A stretch of 64,000 bases of DNA, taken from a bacterium (GTDB lineage: Bacteria; Patescibacteriota; Minisyncoccia; Phycocordibacterales; UBA12088). Every line of letters begins with the position of its first letter. Positions within the stretch are counted from its first letter, which is position 1. Location of the stretch: contig QKEV01000007.1 of assembly GCA_003252295.1 (NCBI GenBank), positions 9,632 to 73,631 of the forward strand, written 5' to 3'. Positions 58,939 to 64,000 of this stretch are shown here, piece after piece. The position numbers were made by a program, and so were the translations under genes. A model generated the notes under the pieces. That model was not told where the DNA came from and made no database searches. It was given only the letters and a program-made list of their open reading frames with translations.

Positions 58939-60237
58939 TTACACAAGATTAAAGTAGTACATTGCAGTTACTGCTCCCGTTGCAACAACGAGTGATACAA
59001 GAGTTGCTGGTAATCCATACTGCATCCAGTTTTTGAAAGTAATAGGAGTATCAGTTTCCTCTGATTTGCTCATAACAATAACACCAGCTGATGAACCGAT
59101 TGGGGTACCATTACCACCAAAACCAACTCCAAAGACAAGTGCCCACCAGAGAAGGTTTACATCAATACCATCCTTTGCGAGAAATGCAATAATTGGAATC
59201 ATAGCGACTGTAAATGGAATGTTGTCAACAATAGCGCTCAGAATAGCAGAAACCCAGAGAATAATGATTGCAGTAAGTAGTAAGTTACTTTCAGCTGTGC
59301 CAGTTATAAACTCACCAATCTTAGCGAGCACCTCAGTATGTTCCAGACCACCGACTATAATGAAGAGCGATGCAAAAAAGAGGAGTACGGATAGCTCAGT
59401 TTTAATGATAATCTCATGTGGGTCATCTTTTGCTCGAATAACAAGAAGTGCAATTGCAGCACCCATGAGTGCAACAACAGATGGCTCAAGGTGTAGTGCA
59501 CTGTGTACAAAGAAGAGTGCTATGACACCACCAAATACAGCAAGCAACTGCTTGAGCATTTTCATATCCTCAATTGCTTCGGTTGGGTCCATTTCCATAA
59601 GTCGACTCACATCTTTTGGTTCAGTTGCAAGTTGCTCTTTGAAGACAAATTTAAAAAGAAGCAATATTGCCGCAAGACCTGCGAGTGCAACAGGAAGAGA
59701 GTAGAGAAGGAAGGTGTTAAAACCAAAACCTGCTGCTGAACCGATCATAATATTTGGTGGATCTCCAACGAGCGTACCTGCACCACCAACATTCGAAAGG
59801 ATTGCTTCAGCAAGAAGTAATGGTAGTGGTGATATGCCAATGAGACGTGAAATAACAATCGTGATTGGTGTAATAAGGATGATGGTGGTGACATTGTCGA
59901 GCACCATTGAGAGGAAGGCGGTTAGTAGACCAAGTGCCAAGAGTAGCTTCCATGGATTCCCTTTTGTTTTTCTTGCTACGTAGATACCAAGAAACTGGAA
60001 AACACCCGTTTGTTCTAAGAGTGCAACGAGCATCATCATGCCAAAGAGAAGCCCAATAGTGTTATAGTCAACAGCTTCAACTGCAAGATCCATGTTGTAA
60101 AAGCCCATAAAGGTGCCCACAACAACCATGGTCACTGCTCCAGCGAGTGCAATAACAGCACGGTGTATTTTTTCTGTAAGAATAAAGAAGAACGTTACAG
60201 CAAAAATAACCACGCTCACAATCTGTGTAAGTTCCAT
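58939..60237 (-). CDS. ArsB/NhaD-family ion transporter
   Basis: LDNVTT, GTLVGDPPN, VDNIPF, GGNGTPIG. Confidence 0.9.
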   Translation of the reverse strand: MELTQIVSVVIFAVTFFFILTEKIHRAVIALAGAVTMVVVGTFMGFYNMDLAVEAVDYNTIGLLFGMMMLVALLEQTGVFQFLGIYVARKTKGNPWKLLLALGLLTAFLSMVLDNVTTIILITPITIVISRLIGISPLPLLLAEAILSNVGGAGTLVGDPPNIMIGSAAGFGFNTFLLYSLPVALAGLAAILLLFKFVFKEQLATEPKDVSRLMEMDPTEAIEDMKMLKQLLAVFGGVIALFFVHSALHLEPSVVALMGAAIALLVIRAKDDPHEIIIKTELSVLLFFASLFIIVGGLEHTEVLAKIGEFITGTAESNLLLTAIIILWVSAILSAIVDNIPFTVAMIPIIAFLAKDGIDVNLLWWALVFGVGFGGNGTPIGSSAGVIVMSKSEETDTPITFKNWMQYGLPATLVSLVVATGAVTAMYYFNLV

Positions 60238-60248
60238 ACGCGTTTATG

Positions 60249-60755
60249 TTAGCAAGAGGTATCCTTGCAAAATTCTTCTAAATTATTCTCTATGTTGAGA
60301 AATGCTGCGAGCACCTGCTTAATTTCAGTACGTGTAAGCAATCCTACTGGCTTATTTTCATCATCAACCACAATAATTCTACCCTGTGCGTTTATGCAGG
60401 AAAGTACCGTTGCCTCGAGAAGGTTTGCATCAGGGTGTACGGTAACATCTTTCGTGTTAATGAAGTTTGAAATTGAAGTTGAAGCAGACTTTAATGTATC
60501 TTCACGAAGCATTGCCGTGTCAGCAAAGTGTGCCGCTGTTGGATCCTGCTCTATGTAATCAGGTAGTATTGCACGAATAATGTCGAGCGTACTCACGCCA
60601 CCAAGTAATGCACCGTTGTCATCAACGACAACAGCGATGTTACTCTTCCCTTTTATGAGTGCTTCGAGAGCATGTGAGAGTTCTGCGTCCTTCTGTATGA
60701 TTACAGCATCACGCATGAGATCACGAACCTTGTACTCTTTTCCGTCTATCGTCAT
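60249..60755 (-). CDS. CBS-pair domain protein
   Basis: VRDLM, VVDDNGALLG, VVDDENKPVGLLT. Confidence 0.85.
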   Translation of the reverse strand: MTIDGKEYKVRDLMRDAVIIQKDAELSHALEALIKGKSNIAVVVDDNGALLGGVSTLDIIRAILPDYIEQDPTAAHFADTAMLREDTLKSASTSISNFINTKDVTVHPDANLLEATVLSCINAQGRIIVVDDENKPVGLLTRTEIKQVLAAFLNIENNLEEFCKDTSC

Positions 60756-60860
60756 AGTGTTTTGTTACTGGATAATACTCAGCAACAATACAATAGCTGT
60801 AGTAAGATTCAACCTTGCTATACACAACCTTGTGAGGTCTGTGTAGTATTCATTACAAAA

Positions 60861-61547
60861 CTAGTTGTTTACAATTTCAGTAAAGGTGATGTTTGTAGGT
60901 GGAGTGAAGTGTGACTCGTTTATAACTTTTGCATCACATTTTACTCTGCTGTTTGTGTTCAGGTATGTGAGCATTTTGCTATATGGTGTGTACCCAGTGA
61001 GTACTACATAACCATCAACATTCCTAGGTATAGTGATACCTTCACGTTCACCATCTATCCAAAAGTACGATTCAGTTGGTTTGTAGATAGTGATATAGGT
61101 TGCATCTTTTGTTTTGACTTCCGTGCGTACTACGTTGAGTAGTTGCACTGCAACACCCTCATTGCCATCACTATCGATCCATGTGCAGCGTCTGGAGTCA
61201 TCACCAGCCAATGTGTCACTCACGTATGCATCATTATTCTCTACAACCTTTGTAGTGTTGTTGGTAGGTGTTGGTGTGGTGGTAACTGTCTTTGATGCTG
61301 GTGATGTAGTGACGGGAGTCGTGTTTTCTGCAGGTGGTGTAACATTTTGTTCTGTTGGAGTAGTTACCGTATCACTTGTGTTTTCTATGACTGCGTCGGT
61401 GGTGGTTGACTCAGCGCTATTCAGAATAAGGTCGTTCGTGTCCACTGGTGCTGTTGCCTGCTTTGTTGTATTGAACACTAGTAAGATCACAATCAGTACT
61501 GTAAGACCGATGATAATATATAGTTTTTGTTTTTGCTGGTTTATCAT
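60861..61547 (-). CDS. Membrane-anchored protein with Thr/Pro-rich stalk
   Basis: TM, T/P linker, two-Cys C-terminal domain. Confidence 0.7.
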   Translation of the reverse strand: MINQQKQKLYIIIGLTVLIVILLVFNTTKQATAPVDTNDLILNSAESTTTDAVIENTSDTVTTPTEQNVTPPAENTTPVTTSPASKTVTTTPTPTNNTTKVVENNDAYVSDTLAGDDSRRCTWIDSDGNEGVAVQLLNVVRTEVKTKDATYITIYKPTESYFWIDGEREGITIPRNVDGYVVLTGYTPYSKMLTYLNTNSRVKCDAKVINESHFTPPTNITFTEIVNN

Positions 61548-61593
61548 AGTATTAAAATACTAGCATAGTATTCTGTAAAAAGGAGAATTTAGT

Positions 61594-62019
61594 CTACTTA
61601 TTTTTATTAGTGTCAGCTTCCCGTAACCACGCAAGTGCGGCACGCTTTGTTTTGAAAAGCTTCATGTTTGTACGACCGGTAATGTAGATAGACATTTCAA
61701 GTACTGCTTGAGAAAATGTATTAGCTCCAAAAATAGCAGTACGTGTGACATACTGCTTGTTGTGTCTTAGTAACTTATGAAGTTCTCCGGAACAATGAAC
61801 GCTTACTTTATCAACATGGGTACAATCCATAATAGTGAGAACACGATCAGGTGTTTTTTTGTGTACCTCACGTAGTGTCTTTTTGACAAGTTTACCCCAC
61901 TTTGCAAGCTCATCAACTGTTGATTCGTCAATATTTCCACGCAGCCCAAGTGAGACGATACCATCAGGACGCATAGTGCAAGTGTACTCTACTACACTGT
62001 CCCTAGGGTGTTTTTTCAT
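61594..62019 (-). CDS. STAS/SEC14 (SpoIIAA-like) domain protein
   Basis: RTAIFG and KLFKTKRAALAWL. Confidence 0.7.
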   Translation of the reverse strand: MKKHPRDSVVEYTCTMRPDGIVSLGLRGNIDESTVDELAKWGKLVKKTLREVHKKTPDRVLTIMDCTHVDKVSVHCSGELHKLLRHNKQYVTRTAIFGANTFSQAVLEMSIYITGRTNMKLFKTKRAALAWLREADTNKNK

Positions 62020-62063
62020 ACATTTATAGTATAACTACTGTGTAAATTACAGCAAGAAAATAA

Positions 62064-64000
62064 TTAGACTCGCTGCGCTGTCGGTATGTGATGCATTTTT
62101 ACTTTTTTGTTGTGTTCAATAATTTTATAGGTATATACCTTTGCAAAATCATTGAAAAGCCACCAGGCAAATGCATAGAGCCAAATGTACATCGCGTACT
62201 TCCAACCAAGTGGTTCCATGAAGATGCCATATACAGCGAAAAGTGTTCCAATAATACGGGTCGTAAATGCAGGTAGAAAGAACTTGAGTGATGGGTATGG
62301 TTTATGCCAAAAATGCTTTTTTCCTGTACGAGTAAGGTACAGAGTTGAGTGACCTGCGACGTCGAGCTTAAGGAAAAGGAATGCCTGAATGAGTGCAAGT
62401 GGGTATGCATGTATAGTGAGCCAATAAAAAAGTGCAAATGATGAAATGACACCAGTTATACCAAGAACAATTGAAACGATAATGACTTCACGCATATTCC
62501 ACCTCTGTACCGTTCTGGTGACTGGTGCGTTGTCATAAGCAATCATCATGACGGGTACATCGTTCAGGAGTGCTAAGATCACGATCATTGTTGCCGTGAG
62601 TGGATAAAAATCAAATACGAGTATTGAAAGTGATAAGAAAAGTATGATGCGTATTGTTTCAGCTATTCTAAAAGTTGCGTAACCCTTCATACGTTCAAAG
62701 GTCATACGTGCAGTACGAATAGCTTTGTGTATCACTGAAAGCCCTGGTTCTAAGAGTACAAGATCAGCAGCAGCACGTGCAGCTTCAGTGGCACTTGCAA
62801 CAGCTATACCAACATCTGCCTTTTTAAGTGCTGGTGCATCGTTCACACCATCACCTGTCATTGCAACAATATGGTTATTTTTTTGAAGCTTTTCGATAAT
62901 GAGGTACTTATCTTCTGGTAGCACCTCAGAAAATGCGTCAGCACGTTCTATGGTCTGTATGATATCTGACTCATGTTGGCGTATGAATCCTTCCTGCAGT
63001 TCAACGTTTTGCATTTGATACTGCACATCACGAGCCACTTTCTTTCCAAACAGTGCGGCATCCTCATCAGACATTTCGGCACCCATGCGTTGTGTTAAGT
63101 GTTGAGCGATAATGCTTCCTAGTATCTCGTACTCGCGATATGCATCACCAACACGAAGTTCATTGGTATCAATTATTTTTGTTCCAATACTCAACTTCTC
63201 GGCAATTTGTCGTGCAATAGCAGTATTGTCACCAGTAAGCATTTTTATAGACACACCACTGTTTTTTATAGCATGAACGATTTTTTTTGAGTCAGGGTGT
63301 AGTGGGTCATACATGGGTATGAGTCCAAGAATCGTAAAATGCTCATCGTTGTTGTAACGAGCAGCTACTGCAAGTGTACGGTAACCTTTTTCAGCAAGTG
63401 CTAGGACGGTGTCAGATGCATCCTTTTGTATGGCAACATCACCAGTGTGTTGGAGAACTACCTGCGGTGCACCTTTGATAATAGCAACTGATTCATGTCC
63501 ATTTCGTAAAACATGCGCCTCAGTGTGCTTCTTGATCGGATCAAACGGTGTAAAGTCTTGTGTTTCAAAAGTCTTCAGATAACTATCAGTAAAATGTGTT
63601 GAAAAGTATTCAAAGATAGGTGTTTCTATTGGATCGTTGTTTTCTTTTGAACTTGCAAGCAGTGCATAACCGCAAAGATCTTCTTCAGTATAGTCGTAGT
63701 AAGTAATGAGCGACTCAACAGTCATTATGTTTTGTGTAAGCGTACCCGTCTTGTCCGTGCAGAGCACATCTATACTTGCAAGTTCCTCAATAGCAGAAAT
63801 GTTTCGAACGATTGCTTTCATTTTTGAAATAGCAACAGCACCCACTGCCATAGTGACTGACAAAACTGCTGGGAGTGCAACTGGAATTGAAGCAATGAGG
63901 AGTACAAGTACAAAATGTAATGTCTCAACAACAGGATCGCCTCTGTTTATAGAAACTGCAAAAACAATGAGGGCGAGAATACCTGTGAAAGCTGTTAAAA
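62064..64000 (-). CDS. P3A-type proton-efflux P-type ATPase, 5' end outside the window
   Basis: IASIPVALPAVLSVTMAVGA, DKTGTLT, FTPFDP, KGAPQ, LLNDVPVMMIAYD. Confidence 0.92.
   Translation of the reverse strand, partial: LTAFTGILALIVFAVSINRGDPVVETLHFVLVLLIASIPVALPAVLSVTMAVGAVAISKMKAIVRNISAIEELASIDVLCTDKTGTLTQNIMTVESLITYYDYTEEDLCGYALLASSKENNDPIETPIFEYFSTHFTDSYLKTFETQDFTPFDPIKKHTEAHVLRNGHESVAIIKGAPQVVLQHTGDVAIQKDASDTVLALAEKGYRTLAVAARYNNDEHFTILGLIPMYDPLHPDSKKIVHAIKNSGVSIKMLTGDNTAIARQIAEKLSIGTKIIDTNELRVGDAYREYEILGSIIAQHLTQRMGAEMSDEDAALFGKKVARDVQYQMQNVELQEGFIRQHESDIIQTIERADAFSEVLPEDKYLIIEKLQKNNHIVAMTGDGVNDAPALKKADVGIAVASATEAARAAADLVLLEPGLSVIHKAIRTARMTFERMKGYATFRIAETIRIILFLSLSILVFDFYPLTATMIVILALLNDVPVMMIAYDNAPVTRTVQRWNMREVIIVSIVLGITGVISSFALFYWLTIHAYPLALIQAFLFLKLDVAGHSTLYLTRTGKKHFWHKPYPSLKFFLPAFTTRIIGTLFAVYGIFMEPLGWKYAMYIWLYAFAWWLFNDFAKVYTYKIIEHNKKVKMHHIPTAQRV

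Noticed and set aside
59033-59704. Long antisense ORFs (also 14244-14759, 14907-15407, 27277-27774, 48682-49143)
   Set aside because: Mirror frames of hydrophobic membrane-protein genes, with no motifs or start signals.
1-64000. Alternative genetic code with TGA read as Gly
   Set aside because: Conserved genes are uninterrupted in code 11 and several end in TGA at the expected position (e.g. rmuC, deacetylase, arylesterase).

Overview
Bacterial chromosome segment, standard genetic code (TGA is used as stop). Gene content and style (short proS, truncated holB-like gene, VirB2-like pilin, AbrB-like mini-gene, many -10 boxes a few bases before the ATG) suggest Patescibacteria/Parcubacteria; this is inferred, not searched. 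Housekeeping blocks (mrdA-mreC-mreB-proS-rseP-frr; dnaB-recR; rplU; truB; uppP; helicase-rpoD-dnaG) alternate with secreted-protein genes, transporters and single-gene orphans. Strongest novelty candidate: an AT-rich island at 34.2-38.7 kb downstream of tRNA-Glu(TTC). In it, two integrase-free mini-cassettes (880 and 1463 bp) with unrelated cargo share the same two arms around an 8-bp tRNA-end core in attL/attP/attR geometry, bracketed by tRNA-derived fold-back modules. Other notable items: a GlmS homolog with all three isomerase catalytic residues replaced, a terminator/antiterminator leader before an MFS gene, two tandem mini-transcription units upstream of rplU, an active/dead M14 peptidase pair, and a P-type ATPase with non-canonical motifs. 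All calls come from reading motifs by eye; no database search or folding was run.
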